51,561 nucleotides of DNA from an uncultured Verrucomicrobia subdivision 3 bacterium. Its GTDB lineage: Bacteria; Verrucomicrobiota; Verrucomicrobiia; Limisphaerales; UBA11358. The stretch lies in contig CAIJNQ010000280.1 in NCBI GenBank assembly GCA_903822015.1, forward strand, positions 1 through 51,561, read 5' to 3'. The notes beneath the pieces are model-generated. The model saw nothing but the letters and a program-made list of their open reading frames with translations. It did no database searches and was not told the origin of the DNA. A program made the translations under genes and the position numbers. Position 1 is the stretch's first letter, and each line of letters opens with the position of its first letter. Of the stretch, positions 16,702 through 25,532 are shown one piece after another.

Positions 16702-19005
16702 ATGGAAGCATCGCCAATTCATCCCGCCCATGTTTCAACCGCTTCCGACCTGACAGTACTGTCGGTTGCGGGCATGACCTGCTCGAATTGCGCGCGCCAT
16801 GTCACTGACGCGATTCAAGGTTTGCCCGGCGTTCGCAGCGCCTCGGTCTCGCTCGAACATAAGCGCGCTTCAGTCCGCTGGAATTCCGGGGCGCCTCGGG
16901 ATGTTTCGGCTGTAATTGCCGCGGTTCAAAAAGCCGGTTATGAAGTGAAGGCGCTTCCCGGCGGAACCGAGGGTGCTTCCCCCTCGAACCCCGGCGGCTG
17001 GCAGATGAACCTCGGGCTCGGCCTCGCCGTCACCGCGGCGCTGATGATTGGCGAATGGGTTTTCGGCCTCGCCCTGACCCCCTGGTTTCAGTGGCTCGCC
17101 TTCGCGCTGGCGAGTGTCGTGCAGATTTTCTGCGGCGCGCAGTTTTATCGCGGCGCGTGGCGGCAATTGAAGGTCGGCAGCTCCAACATGGACACGCTGG
17201 TCGCTCTCGGTTCGACGACGGCTTTCGGCTACAGCACCTGGGCGTTGTTCAGCGGCGCGGGCGGACACGTGTATTTCATGGAAGCCGCCGCCATTATCTC
17301 GCTCATTAGCGCCGGCCACTGGCTCGAGGCGCGCGTCAGTGAGCAGGCGGGCGGCGCTTTGAGGTCCTTGTTGAATCTTGCCCCGCAGACTGCAAGGCGG
17401 ATACAAAACGCCGCTGCTGTTCAAATAAAAAGTTTTGAGCTCCGCAGTTTCAAGGCTGTCGCCACCGCTCAGACACCTGAAGTCGAAGTCCCGGTTTCCT
17501 CGCTGAACATCGGTGACCGCATCGCCCTGCTGCCCGGCGACCGTGTGCCCGTGGATGGAATCGTCGTCGAAGGCGATTCCGCCGTGGATGAAGCCATGCT
17601 CACCGGCGAATCCATTCCCGTGGATAAAAAATCCGGCAGCGAACTGTTCGCCGGCACGGTGAATCTGAACGGCCGCCTCGTCATGCGCGTCGCCGCCACC
17701 GGCGAGGCCACTGCGCTTGCGCACATCATCGCCGCCGTGCAGCGCGCCCAGACCAGCCGTGCCGGCATCCAGCGCCTCGGCGACCGCATCAGTAACGTGT
17801 TTGTGCCGATTGTCGGCTCCCTTGCCGTCATCGCTGGTCTGTGGTGGGGGCTCGCGCCGGCTTCGGCGCACCATGTTCACGACTGGCTCGCGCCCTTCCT
17901 CTGGCACACGCACGCGCCGGTCGGCGTGGCGGCGGGATTCATCGTCGCCGCTGCGGTTTTGATTGTCGCCTGTCCCTGCGCAATGGGCTTGGCGACGCCC
18001 GCCGCCATCATGGCGGGCGCCAATACCGCCGCGCGGCGCGGTATTTTGATTCGCGACGGCGTGGCTCTGGAGAAAGCCGGCAAAGTCACCGCTGTGATTT
18101 TCGACAAGACTGGAACGCTCACGATGGGAAAACCGGAAGTGGCTGGAGAACTCAGAATTCAGAACTCAGAATTCAGAATTTTGGCGGCCGCGCTGGCGCG
18201 CAATTCCACGCATCCCATCAGTCAGGCGATCGCCAAAATTTCGGCGGAGAAGATTGAGCTTTCCAATTGGAAGGAAATCCGCGGCTCGGGCGTGAGCGCC
18301 GTTTTGCCGCCTTCAACCTTACGCCTGGGTTCGCTTCACTGGCTCAAGGAATCCGGGGTGGCTTTGGAAACGGGTGAAAAATTTATTTCCGAATGGTCCG
18401 GACAGGGCGCGACGATTGTCGGACTTGGGTCCGACCAAATGTTGCTTGGATTGTTCGCTGTGCGCGATGCGGTCAAGGCGAACGCCAAAGGGGTTGTTGA
18501 ACAGCTCCGGCGGCAGGGGTTGAATATTTATCTGCTCACGGGCGACAATGCGCTGACGGCCGCGGGCATCGCGGGGCAGGTCGGCATCGCGGCGGAAAAT
18601 GTGTTTGCCGAAGTGCGGCCGGAGCAGAAGGCGGAGTTTGTGAAAAAACTTCAGGTGGCGGGTGATCGTGTGGCGTTTGTGGGCGACGGCATCAACGATG
18701 CGCCCGCCCTCACGCAGGCCGACCTCGGCATTGCCGTGAGCCGCGCCAGCGACGTGGCGCGCGAGGCGGCGGACATCATCCTGCTGAAATCGGAGATCGA
18801 AGCCGTGCCGGAGGCGCTCGGCCTGGCGCGGGCGACTTTGCGGACGATCAAGCAGAATCTGTTCTGGGCGTTTTTTTACAACGCGCTTGGCGTGCCGCTG
18901 GCCGCCCTGGGCTTCATCAGCCCGATTTTCTGCGCGGCCGCCATGGGCGTCTCCGATCTGGTCGTGATCGGCAACGCGCTGCGGCTGCTGCGGTGGCGGA
19001 AATGA
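16702..19005 (+). CDS. copA: Copper/heavy-metal translocating P1B-type ATPase
   Basis: 767 aa with an HMA domain (GMTCSNCARHV), CPC motif (ACPCAMGLATP), DKTGTLT and GDGINDAP. Confidence 0.95.
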   Translation: MEASPIHPAHVSTASDLTVLSVAGMTCSNCARHVTDAIQGLPGVRSASVSLEHKRASVRWNSGAPRDVSAVIAAVQKAGYEVKALPGGTEGASPSNPGGWQMNLGLGLAVTAALMIGEWVFGLALTPWFQWLAFALASVVQIFCGAQFYRGAWRQLKVGSSNMDTLVALGSTTAFGYSTWALFSGAGGHVYFMEAAAIISLISAGHWLEARVSEQAGGALRSLLNLAPQTARRIQNAAAVQIKSFELRSFKAVATAQTPEVEVPVSSLNIGDRIALLPGDRVPVDGIVVEGDSAVDEAMLTGESIPVDKKSGSELFAGTVNLNGRLVMRVAATGEATALAHIIAAVQRAQTSRAGIQRLGDRISNVFVPIVGSLAVIAGLWWGLAPASAHHVHDWLAPFLWHTHAPVGVAAGFIVAAAVLIVACPCAMGLATPAAIMAGANTAARRGILIRDGVALEKAGKVTAVIFDKTGTLTMGKPEVAGELRIQNSEFRILAAALARNSTHPISQAIAKISAEKIELSNWKEIRGSGVSAVLPPSTLRLGSLHWLKESGVALETGEKFISEWSGQGATIVGLGSDQMLLGLFAVRDAVKANAKGVVEQLRRQGLNIYLLTGDNALTAAGIAGQVGIAAENVFAEVRPEQKAEFVKKLQVAGDRVAFVGDGINDAPALTQADLGIAVSRASDVAREAADIILLKSEIEAVPEALGLARATLRTIKQNLFWAFFYNALGVPLAALGFISPIFCAAAMGVSDLVVIGNALRLLRWRK
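18146..18180. repeat. Heptamer array (CAGAAYT)x about 5 inside the copA coding sequence
   Basis: gagaact cagaatt cagaact cagaatt cagaatt, translated in-frame as ELRIQNSEFRI. Confidence 0.85.
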
Positions 19006-19736
19006 ATAATGACGATGCAAAAGTGTTTTTGACTGCCGAGTGGCGATACTTGGCGATGCTCAACTATGAGATTGAACCTGCCGTTCTCGCTCCGTTTGTT
19101 CCGCAAGGCACGGAGCTTGATTCGTTCGGCGGCAAAATATTCTTGAGTGTGGTCGCGTTTTTGTTTCTGGATACGCGCATCGGTGGAATTCCCATTCCGT
19201 TTCATCGAAACTTTGTGGAGGTCAATCTGCGGTTTTATGTCCGGCGCCAGGCTGATGACGGCTGGCGGCGTGGGGTGGTTTTTATCAAGGAGGTTGTTCC
19301 ACGAAAAGCGATCGCCTTCGTCGCAAGAAAATTTTACAACGAAAATTATATCGCGCTGCCCATGTCGCACCGGATTGAAAAAGTTCAGGAAGAAGTCAGA
19401 TCGGTTTCGTATTCGTGGCGGCTTGACGGCTGTGAAAGCATTTTGAAATTGGCCGTTCAGGGGCCAGCGCAACCGCTCGTGGTCGGTTCGATCCAGGAAT
19501 TCATCACTGAGCATTATTGGGGCTATGCTCGTCAACGCGACGGCTCAACCATGGAATACCGGGTTGAACATCCGCGCTGGCGGGTCTGGAGTGCCGCTGC
19601 GCAGGAATTGGATTGTCAGTTTGCCGGATTGTATGGCGAAGGATTCGGACACTTTTTAAACCAGTCCCCGGCTTCCGCTTTTCTCGCGGATGGTTCTGAA
19701 ATAAAAGTCTATAAAGGCGTAAAGTTTTCAGCATGA
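19002..19736 (+). CDS. DUF2071 (YqjF-like) family protein
   Basis: The FLTAEWRYLAMLNYEIEP...FVEVNLRFYV pattern is typical of DUF2071. ATG at 19002 overlaps the copA TGA (ATGA). The track ORF begins at a GTG 9 nt earlier. Confidence 0.75.
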   Translation: MNNDDAKVFLTAEWRYLAMLNYEIEPAVLAPFVPQGTELDSFGGKIFLSVVAFLFLDTRIGGIPIPFHRNFVEVNLRFYVRRQADDGWRRGVVFIKEVVPRKAIAFVARKFYNENYIALPMSHRIEKVQEEVRSVSYSWRLDGCESILKLAVQGPAQPLVVGSIQEFITEHYWGYARQRDGSTMEYRVEHPRWRVWSAAAQELDCQFAGLYGEGFGHFLNQSPASAFLADGSEIKVYKGVKFSA

Positions 19737-20125
19737 ATGAGATCAAAACCAATCGGGTCGGCTGGATTCTCTACGATGATTCGTGCGGGGTTTGCCGGCG
19801 CTGGGTTCCCTTTTGGGAAAAGACGTTGCAAAAGCGGGGGTTTGAAATTGCTCCGCTTCAAGCGGATTGGGTCAAAGAAAAGTTGAAGTTAAACGAAGAT
19901 GATTTGTTGCAGGATTTGCGCCTGCTGCTCGCGAGTGGTGAGACAATTCAAGGCGCGGACACTTATCGTTTTGCAATGAAACGGATCTGGTGGGCCTGTC
20001 CGCTTTATCTTTTTTCCGTCTTTCCGGTCGGCCGCGCTGTCTTTGACTGGAGTTACCGGAAGTTCGCTACGCACCGCCATCAGATTTCGCGGGCCTGCAA
20101 TTTGCCGGGAAAAACCACCGGTTGA
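19733..20125 (+). CDS. Thiol-disulfide oxidoreductase DCC family protein (DUF393)
   Basis: 130 aa. The N-terminal ILYDDSCGVCRRWV motif (DxxCxxC) defines DCC proteins. ATGA overlap with the upstream gene. Confidence 0.8.
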   Translation: MNEIKTNRVGWILYDDSCGVCRRWVPFWEKTLQKRGFEIAPLQADWVKEKLKLNEDDLLQDLRLLLASGETIQGADTYRFAMKRIWWACPLYLFSVFPVGRAVFDWSYRKFATHRHQISRACNLPGKTTG

Positions 20126-20186
20126 ATCCCGCAACGCCGCACGACAAAACATTTTTCTTTGCGCGAATTTTCCTTATCCTGCTGCG

Positions 20187-20795
20187 ATGGCATTTGAATC
20201 GGAATCGCCGCTCGACGCGCTCTGGAAGGAATACGCCCGGGCGTTTCAGGCTTGGGACGACCTCACGCTCGCGCGTTGGCTGGCCCAGACGCTCGGTCAG
20301 CTCGAAGGCCGCGCGTGGCGGCTCTCCCATCCGCTCGTCGGCGCCTACCGGCTGGGCGCGCAGCTCGCTCACGACCGGCAGATCTGGTTCAAGCGGCTGG
20401 CCACGCCGCCGGCGGCCTATGCGGAATCGTCCTGCTGCCGCGCGCCGTTCCTGCCCCTGCTCACGCGCGATGTGCGCGAGTCGGGCCTAATCTGCCAGCA
20501 TTGCAGCGAAACGCTCGTGCCCTTCGAGGAGATTGCCGCCGAGGTTCGCGCCGGGGTCGAGGCCTGGGCCCGGGAATACGAACCCGTCCACGCCGTCGCG
20601 CACTGGGATGATCGCCAGCGGCGCGGCGCGGGAAATTACGACGCGGCTTACGAGAACGCGGCCGAGCAGGCCGAGCAGCTCCTCGGGCGCGTGGGTCGTG
20701 AACTCGCGTCCGGGCTCCTGCAGTTTTATCCGACCATCGTCTGGGAGGATCAGGATGAATGCCTGGAAGTCCGGCCTGAGGATGTGCCTGTTTAA
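20187..20795 (+). CDS. Hypothetical protein
   Basis: First ATG (MAFESESPLDALWKEY) in the 20043-20795 ORF. Contains a Cys cluster (SSCCRAP...LICQHCSE). No family recognised. Confidence 0.55.
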   Translation: MAFESESPLDALWKEYARAFQAWDDLTLARWLAQTLGQLEGRAWRLSHPLVGAYRLGAQLAHDRQIWFKRLATPPAAYAESSCCRAPFLPLLTRDVRESGLICQHCSETLVPFEEIAAEVRAGVEAWAREYEPVHAVAHWDDRQRRGAGNYDAAYENAAEQAEQLLGRVGRELASGLLQFYPTIVWEDQDECLEVRPEDVPV

Positions 20796-20847
20796 TTGAT
20801 GGTTTCGGATTTACGATTGACGATTTAATTCGTAATTCCACGCTGTC

Positions 20848-20875
20848 TCGTAAATCGTATATCGTAAATCGTAAA
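20848..20875. repeat. Heptamer array (TCGTAWA)x4 fused to a start codon
   Basis: tcgtaaa tcgtata tcgtaaa tcgtaaa. The last A is the A of the ATG at 20875. Confidence 0.9.
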
Positions 20876-21537
20876 TGATTAGGTTTGTTTTCAAATGGCT
20901 TTTCCGCCTGTTCCTTCTGGCCGTTGTGCTGGTCGTGATCTTCTTCTTGTCGCTGGACTCGATCCTGCGCGTGGTCATGGAAAATCGTATCCGCGCCCAG
21001 ACCGGCATGGACGCCGAAATCGGCAAATTCACCCTCGGCCTCGTTGAGCCGACCGTTACCCTAAGGGATTTTAAGCTGTTCAATCCGCCGAGCTTTGGCG
21101 GCACGCCGTTCCTCGATATCCCCGAAATTCATCTCGAATACGACCGCGCCGCGCTCGCCAAACATGAAATCCGCGTCACGCTGTTGCGTTTTAACCTCGG
21201 CGAACTGGACATCGTGAAAAATGAGGCCGGCCAGACCAATATCTTTTCCATCGCCGCGTTGCCTTCGGTGAAAAAATCCGGTGGCGGTAAAAAATCGTTT
21301 GCGCGGGAAACCGGCTTTGCCTTCACCGGCATTGACGTGCTCAATGTCTCCGTTGGCACTGCCAAATACATTGATCTGGCGGATTCCAGGAACAACCGCG
21401 AGCAGAAAATCGGCATTGAGAATTGCGTGATGAAGAATGTTAAGACGCCGACCGACCTCGCTGGCTTGGCGGTTCTGGTCGCGTTGCGCGGCGGTGATCT
21501 CTTCGGGCCGCTCGTCGCGCCGCCGGTTTTGAAATAG
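20875..21537 (+). CDS. Hypothetical membrane-anchored protein
   Basis: 220 aa with an N-terminal TM helix (FRLFLLAVVLVVIFFL). The remainder is soluble and beta-rich. The start codon is fused to a heptamer array. Confidence 0.6.
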   Translation: MIRFVFKWLFRLFLLAVVLVVIFFLSLDSILRVVMENRIRAQTGMDAEIGKFTLGLVEPTVTLRDFKLFNPPSFGGTPFLDIPEIHLEYDRAALAKHEIRVTLLRFNLGELDIVKNEAGQTNIFSIAALPSVKKSGGGKKSFARETGFAFTGIDVLNVSVGTAKYIDLADSRNNREQKIGIENCVMKNVKTPTDLAGLAVLVALRGGDLFGPLVAPPVLK

Positions 21538-21590
21538 GCCGCCCGAGTTTTTGCCTTTTTTGCGCGCTGAGTTTTACCTAACCTGACCGC

Positions 21591-22667
21591 GTGCATCGTG
21601 CCTCGCTCAATTCCGCTTCGCGCCTCGTCGTGAAGCTCGGCACCGGCGTCCTCACCGACAGCCGGAAGCTGATTGATCCGGCCCAGCTGGCGCAACTCGT
21701 CGCGCAGATTGCCGCGCTGAAAAAATCCGGCAAGGAAGTCGTGCTGGTAACTTCTGGCGCCGTCGGCGCCGGCATGGGCGCTCTCGGTTACGAATCGCGC
21801 CCCACCGACCTCGCGGAAAAACAGGCCTGCGCCGCCGTCGGCCAGTCGCGGCTCATGGCCGCCTACGACCAGCTGTTTTCCGCCCATGGTCTCGTGGTCG
21901 CCCAGGTGCTGCTCACCCACGACGATCTCGAGCATCACGAGCGCCATCTCAACGCGCGTAACACCCTCGTCTCGCTCCTCCAGCGCGGCGTCGTGCCCAT
22001 CATCAACGAAAACGACGCCGTCTCGTTCACTGAAATCAAGTTCGGCGACAACGACAAGTTGTCCGCCCTCGTCGCTTCGCTGTTGCCGGCGGATTTGCTC
22101 GTGATTCTGACGACGGTGGCAGGTGTCATTGAAAATTTTGGCGGAAAAAATCCCCGGACGCTTTCCATAATTGAGCAGATTGATGCCGCCGTCGAGGAAA
22201 TGGCGGGCGGCACGACCAGCGCCACGGCGGTGGGTGGGATGAAATCTAAAATTGAGGCCGCCAAAATCGTCGTGCGGTCCGGGATTCCGCTGGTCATCGC
22301 TTCCGGCTGGGATGCCGGTGTGCTGGCCCGGATTTTGGCCGGCGCCGATGAGGGCACGCTCTTTGTCGCGCAGCCGAACAAATTGCAGGGGCGCAAGCGT
22401 TGGATCGCGTTCTTCCATCATCCCAAGGGCGCGCTGTTCGTGGACGAGGGCGCGAAGCGTGCGCTGCGTGAAGCCGGTAAAAGCCTGCTGCCGCCGGGTG
22501 TCGCCCGTTGCGCCGGCGAATTTGCGGTGGGCGATGTCGTGCGCATTTGCGACCTGGACGGTTTGGAATTTGCGCGGGGTATCGCGCGGTTCGACTCCGC
22601 AGCCGTGCGCGAGCGCAAATTGCCCAAGGAAGAGCTCGTTCACCGCGACGATTTGGTGATTTTGTGA
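21591..22667 (+). CDS. proB: Glutamate 5-kinase (with PUA domain)
   Basis: 358 aa with VVKLGTGVLT, VTSGAVGAG, INENDAV, FGDNDKLSA and a C-terminal PUA-like segment. GTG start. Confidence 0.95.
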   Translation: MHRASLNSASRLVVKLGTGVLTDSRKLIDPAQLAQLVAQIAALKKSGKEVVLVTSGAVGAGMGALGYESRPTDLAEKQACAAVGQSRLMAAYDQLFSAHGLVVAQVLLTHDDLEHHERHLNARNTLVSLLQRGVVPIINENDAVSFTEIKFGDNDKLSALVASLLPADLLVILTTVAGVIENFGGKNPRTLSIIEQIDAAVEEMAGGTTSATAVGGMKSKIEAAKIVVRSGIPLVIASGWDAGVLARILAGADEGTLFVAQPNKLQGRKRWIAFFHHPKGALFVDEGAKRALREAGKSLLPPGVARCAGEFAVGDVVRICDLDGLEFARGIARFDSAAVRERKLPKEELVHRDDLVIL

Positions 22668-22691
22668 ATGGTGGGGCGAGAGTCCTCTCGC

Positions 22692-22744
22692 GCCGTAATG
22701 CCGTAATTAAATGAATGGCCTTGGCGACCTTGGCGCCCTGGCGG
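22692..22744. repeat. Octamer (GCCGTAAT)x2 and nonamer (CCTTGGCGN)x3 arrays in the proB-mazG gap
   Basis: gccgtaat gccgtaat ... ccttggcga ccttggcgc cctggcgg. Confidence 0.8.
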
Positions 22745-22754
22745 TTTGCTCAAC

Positions 22755-23426
22755 ATGAAAAAACAACCGGCAATAAACGATCTGCTCAAAGTCATGGCGA
22801 AACTGCGTTCGCCCACGGGCTGCCCCTGGGATCGCGAGCAGTCGCACCTGACGCTGCGCCGCCACGCAATTGAGGAAGTCTACGAGTTGATTGATGCCAT
22901 CGAGGCCGGCGACGATCACGAGCTGGCCGAGGAGCTGGGCGACTTGCTGTTGCAGGTCGTCTTCCATTGCCAGCTCGCGCGCGAACGTGGCGTGTTTGAT
23001 TTTGAGAAGGTTTGCCGCGTGCTCGTGGATAAGCTCATCCGCCGCCACCCCCACGTTTTCGGCACGACCAAGGTCAAAAACGTGGACGAGGTCTGGGCCA
23101 ACTGGGAAAAAATCAAGCAGGCGGAAAAGCAGGGCACTAAACATGCCCGTCATTCGGCGCTGGACGGTATTCCCCGGCATCTGCCCGCCTTGTTGCGTGC
23201 CGAGAAACTGTTAAAGAAAGCCCGCAAGGCGAACCTGCTTCCCGACCGCCCTCGTTCAATCCGGCAGCTGACCAAAACCGCTGTGGCTAAGGAGCTTTTT
23301 GACCTGGCGGTGCTTGCCCAGGCGCGGGGCTGGTGTGCCGAGGAATTGCTGGCCGGCGAAACCAGGAAACAGGAGCGTCAATGGCGCCGGCGGGAACAAG
23401 CGGGTTCGCTGAAAATCAGGCATTGA
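22755..23426 (+). CDS. mazG: Nucleoside triphosphate pyrophosphohydrolase MazG
   Basis: LRSPTGCPWDREQSHLTLRRHAIEEVYELIDAIE, ELGDLLLQVVFH and RHPHVF motifs. The first ATG is chosen. A TTG at 22746 is the alternative start. Confidence 0.9.
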   Translation: MKKQPAINDLLKVMAKLRSPTGCPWDREQSHLTLRRHAIEEVYELIDAIEAGDDHELAEELGDLLLQVVFHCQLARERGVFDFEKVCRVLVDKLIRRHPHVFGTTKVKNVDEVWANWEKIKQAEKQGTKHARHSALDGIPRHLPALLRAEKLLKKARKANLLPDRPRSIRQLTKTAVAKELFDLAVLAQARGWCAEELLAGETRKQERQWRRREQAGSLKIRH

Positions 23427-23450
23427 CAGTTTTCCAAAATCTGGTTTAAT
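23423..23450 (+). promoter_or_regulatory. Candidate sigma70-type promoter for rplU-rpmA
   Basis: TTGACA (23423-23428), a 16-nt spacer, then TTTAAT (23445-23450), about 28 nt upstream of the rplU ATG. Sequence match only. Confidence 0.35.
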
Positions 23451-23478
23451 CCCCGACCCTTTGCGGGAAAATAATTTT

Positions 23479-23790
23479 ATGTACGCTGTTCTAGAAACCG
23501 GTAGCAAACAATATCGCGTCGCGGCGGGCGACACGCTCGAAATCGAACGTCTCGAAACCGAGGCGGGTAAGCCGGTCACGTTTGATCGCGTGCTGCTCGT
23601 CAATCGCGATGGCAAGCTGGCCGTGGGCACGCCCACCGTCACCGGCGCCACCGTCGAGGCCGACGTGGTCGCGCACAAGCGCGGCGAACATAAGCTCACT
23701 TTCAAGATGAAACGCCGCAAGGGGTATCACAAAACCATCGGGCATCGTCAGGAGCTGACGGTCGTCAAAATCAAAGAGATCAAAGGTTAA
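23479..23790 (+). CDS. rplU: 50S ribosomal protein L21
   Basis: MYAVLETGSKQYRV start is canonical for L21. Confidence 0.95.
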   Translation: MYAVLETGSKQYRVAAGDTLEIERLETEAGKPVTFDRVLLVNRDGKLAVGTPTVTGATVEADVVAHKRGEHKLTFKMKRRKGYHKTIGHRQELTVVKIKEIKG

Positions 23791-23802
23791 TTTTTCAGGC
23801 TT

Positions 23803-24066
23803 ATGGCACATAAAAAAGGTCAGGGTAGTGTTCGCAACGGTCGCGACAGCGTCAGCAAGCGGCTCGGCGTAAAAGAATTTGGCGGGCAGGTCGTCACCGC
23901 GGGCAGCATCATCGTCCGCCAGCGCGGCAGCAAGTTTATCGCGGGCAAAAACGTCGGCACCGGCCGCGACTGGACCTTATTCGCGCTTACCGACGGCACG
24001 GTCAAGTTCGACAAGAACAGCCGCCGCGTGAATGTGGTGGCCGAAGCCGCCGCCGCGAAAAACTGA
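23803..24066 (+). CDS. rpmA: 50S ribosomal protein L27
   Basis: [16 protein letters not shown] is the canonical L27 N-terminus. Confidence 0.95.
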   Translation: MAHKKGQGSVRNGRDSVSKRLGVKEFGGQVVTAGSIIVRQRGSKFIAGKNVGTGRDWTLFALTDGTVKFDKNSRRVNVVAEAAAAKN

Positions 24067-24086
24067 TTTTCGCCAACCGATTTCAA

Positions 24087-24117
24087 GGCGGGGCTTCGGC
24101 CTCGCCTTTTTTGTTTT
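24087..24117 (+). terminator. Rho-independent terminator after rpmA
   Basis: GGCGGGGC-TTCG-GCCTCGCC forms an 8-bp stem (one G-U pair) with a UUCG tetraloop, followed by TTTTTTGTTTT. Confidence 0.65.
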
Positions 24118-24303
24118 CGGGAAAAGATTGAATGAGCAAAATGAACGTAATGCTGTTTCGCAACCCGGTTGAGGCGGTGAGCCCCGTTTTATGAATTCGC
24201 GGGTTTAACCGGGTCCGGCCGGGCAATTGTTTGCGAGGCTTTGGGGGTTTGTGCCGGGGAATTTAAATTTTGTTCATTCGGTCAATTCGGTCCAGATAAA
24301 ATC

Positions 24304-25491
24304 ATGTTCATCGACGAAATAAAAATTTACGCGCAGGCGGGGCACGGCGGCAAAGGCTGTGTCGCCTTCCATCGCGAGGCTTACATTACCAAGGGCGGTC
24401 CGAGCGGCGGCAACGGCGGGCGCGGCGGCAGCGTCATTCTGCAGGCTGACCACGACCTTAATAACCTTATCTGCCAGTATTATGTCCCCCGCCTCATCGC
24501 GCCGCCCGGCGAAGGCGGCATGGGCAAAGGCATGGACGGCCACGCGGGCAAAGATCTCATCATCAAAGTTCCCTGCGGCACCTTGGTCTGGCGGCTTCCC
24601 AGCGCCACGCCGCCGCCGGTGGTGGCAGATTCCGAAGACGAGAACGACGAAGTGGAAGATGCCGGAAAAAATCCGTTGTTCAGCACCGGCACGAGCCAGC
24701 GTCCGGTTTTGCGCGCCACCGCCGGCATTCGCGGCTTGGAATTGGATTTGTCGCAGGAAGAAGCGGGCGAAAAACTTTCCGTCACTTCACCCAAAGGCGA
24801 ACTGGTTGCCGACCTAACGCAGGACGGACAGCAGTTCGTTTTGTGCAAAGGCGGACGCGGCGGACTGGGCAACCGCAATTTCGCCACCGCCGCGCGGCAG
24901 ACACCGCGTTTCGCGCAGCCGGGCGAACCGGGCACCGAGGGCGATTTTCTCCTGGAACTGCGCATCGTCGCCGAAGTCGGCCTCGTCGGTTATCCGAACG
25001 CGGGCAAATCCACCTTGCTCACGGCCATTTCCCGCGCGCGTCCCAAGGTCGCCCCCTATCCGTTCACCACGCTGCATCCCCAGATCGGCATTGTCGAATA
25101 TCCCGACTGGAAGCGGCTCACGGTCTGCGACGTCCCGGGCTTGATCGAGGGCGCGCACCAGAATGTCGGCCTCGGCCACAAATTCCTGCGCCATATCCAG
25201 CGCTGTAAAATCCTCGTGCTGCTGCTCGACATGGCCGGCACGGACAACCGCAAGCCGTGGGACGACTATAAGCAGTTGCTCAAGGAACTGGAACTGTACG
25301 ATCCCGCCCTGCTCGAAAAGGAGCGCCTCGTCGTCGCTAACAAAATGGACGAGGCCGTCGCCGAAAAAAACCTGAAGCAGTTCAAAACCAAATTTAAAAA
25401 AGTGAAGGTCCTGCCCATATCCGCCGCTTTTGATCAGGGCATGGAGAAATTCCTGGCGACCATCCGTAAAGAGGTTGAGGCAGCGGCATAA
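24304..25491 (+). CDS. obg: GTPase Obg/CgtA
   Basis: MFIDEIKIYAQAGHGGKGCVAFHRE, Gly-rich Obg fold, G motifs GYPNAGKST and DVPGLIEGA, NKMD. Carries an acidic insertion of about 70 aa in the Obg fold. Confidence 0.95.
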   Translation: MFIDEIKIYAQAGHGGKGCVAFHREAYITKGGPSGGNGGRGGSVILQADHDLNNLICQYYVPRLIAPPGEGGMGKGMDGHAGKDLIIKVPCGTLVWRLPSATPPPVVADSEDENDEVEDAGKNPLFSTGTSQRPVLRATAGIRGLELDLSQEEAGEKLSVTSPKGELVADLTQDGQQFVLCKGGRGGLGNRNFATAARQTPRFAQPGEPGTEGDFLLELRIVAEVGLVGYPNAGKSTLLTAISRARPKVAPYPFTTLHPQIGIVEYPDWKRLTVCDVPGLIEGAHQNVGLGHKFLRHIQRCKILVLLLDMAGTDNRKPWDDYKQLLKELELYDPALLEKERLVVANKMDEAVAEKNLKQFKTKFKKVKVLPISAAFDQGMEKFLATIRKEVEAAA

Positions 25492-25532
25492 TAGTTTTAA
25501 CCGCTGATCTTCCTTCATCTCGGCTAATTTGA

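Noticed and set aside
21129-22643. 504-aa ORF antisense to proB
   Set aside because: Same reason. proB on the plus strand is unambiguous, and the antisense product is low-complexity and Arg/Gly/Ala-rich.
24132-24194. 20-codon mini-ORF (MSKMNVMLFRNPVEAVSPVL) upstream of obg as a leader peptide
   Set aside because: There is no attenuator-like alternative hairpins or regulatory codon run, and it lies after a strong terminator. No supporting evidence.
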